DNA of 64,000 nt, from assembly GCA_949358305.1 (NCBI GenBank), contig OX442314.1, positions 24,676,001 to 24,740,000 on the forward strand. Direction: 5' to 3'. This stretch comes from Strigamia acuminata (lineage: Eukaryota). Each line of letters opens with the position of its first letter. The stretch's first letter is position 1. Below are positions 62,743-64,000 of this stretch, piece after piece. The notes under the pieces were generated by a model. The model saw only the letters and a list, made by a program, of their open reading frames with translations. It made no database searches and was not told where the DNA came from. Both the position numbers and the translations under genes were made by a program.

Positions 62743-64000
62743 AGTGAAAATTTGGCATATCAAACGACATTTATTAAATTTAATTGACAGTTAAAACTTG
62801 ATTTGTATTGAAATGACGTCAATAAATGCCATATCATTCGTTTGTTGATGAAATTCCAGCAGCTAATTTTACATTCTCCACATCATATTCTAACTTTAAG
62901 CCAATAAATCAAACCAAATAAATTAATCAAATAATTTCTACGGTAAATAAATGAGAAAATTTATTAAAAATTTTGAATTCTATGTTCAGAAATTTGGATT
63001 GCTCGTTTCCCCTTCAACCTTAATAAAACATCCCATCCACCGCAGTAACTAAATTCTAGCCTAATTCCAAGATAACAGAATTAAACCACTATTCCACGTT
63101 TACTTGGGCGAAATATTCATCATAGTTTAAATCAAGAAAGTTCCAAAAATTGCTAGAAATTTGCAAAAATAAAAAAATAAAATTTTTCCTGTAAGTAAAC
63201 GTGATTATTTTCAACTTACCTATTTTTCCACGAAAAATATGCATTTCTATTTATAGAAAATTAAAACCACCTCGTTTATAATGTTTCACATCATGCACCA
63301 TCGAGTTTGCATTTTCCAAGAAGATTTCGCAAATTTTGCAAAGAAATTTAATGGTAAAAATATTGAAAATGAGCAGCCCGAGAGCTGCTCGTTATTGTAC
63401 AAAATGAAGGACCAAAGCAGCCCCGATTTGTTTAATCGCATGGTAAATATTAGTAAAATTCTTTTTACACTGCTTGAAAACTTAGGCGGTCGTTCCGAGC
63501 GCTTGTTGTCAACTTCTTGACATTTAAACATTAAAAAGGTACATGTTTGATAAGTTCTGAATACCTTTATAATATTTATAACACGATACTATATTATAAT
63601 AAAAGAAAAAAATCTTTACCAAGCATCAACATTAAACCCTTGAATGATTAATTGCAAACTCAGTATTTTATTAATTGAAAATTCCACACTAAGAAGAAAC
63701 GTGTCGTTTCTTATACCATTTTTTTTCTTAAAAAAAAAGACAAAAAATGTAAGAAAAAAAAATAGTAATTAATTTTTCAATTCAGTAACAAAACAATTCT
63801 CGTAGAAAAATATAAATCGAAACAATTAGTCACCTCCATTTTTTGATAAATGTATTCTTATCATCATTTAATACCCGCCCCATTCCCCACCAAAAATAAA
63901 AAAAATAAAAACATACATTTTAAATAATAAAAAAAAAACAATTAATTAATAATTTATCACAAATCCAAACACAAAAGTGTATACACACACACATTTCGAT

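Overview
AT-rich eukaryotic (arthropod-like invertebrate) genomic DNA; there is no sign of a prokaryotic operon, CRISPR array, rRNA or tRNA. It holds one well-supported host gene on the + strand: a ~930-aa type-I membrane protein (signal peptide, LDLa, about five CUB-like domains, LDLa, TM), CDS join 8218-8395 + 11270-13884. It also holds one intact, very young Ty3/Gypsy (Mag-like) LTR retrotransposon (24402-28926; identical 134-bp LTRs, ACGCC TSD, tRNA-Leu PBS, single gag-pol ORF) nested inside two MITEs. The rest is a dense set of non-autonomous DNA transposons (Tc2/pogo-like, hAT, PIF/Harbinger, ANT-target PHIS-like, piggyBac-like, MULE-like, DINE-1/Helentron-like), several nested, plus a probable minus-strand transcript 5' end near 53.3-53.6 kb. 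I cannot establish a new biological system from the sequence alone. The best leads are a possible structured double UGA readthrough at the end of the CUB gene, the three-level transposon nest with its hairpin-rich mini-LTR, and a possible nested/antisense gene arrangement.
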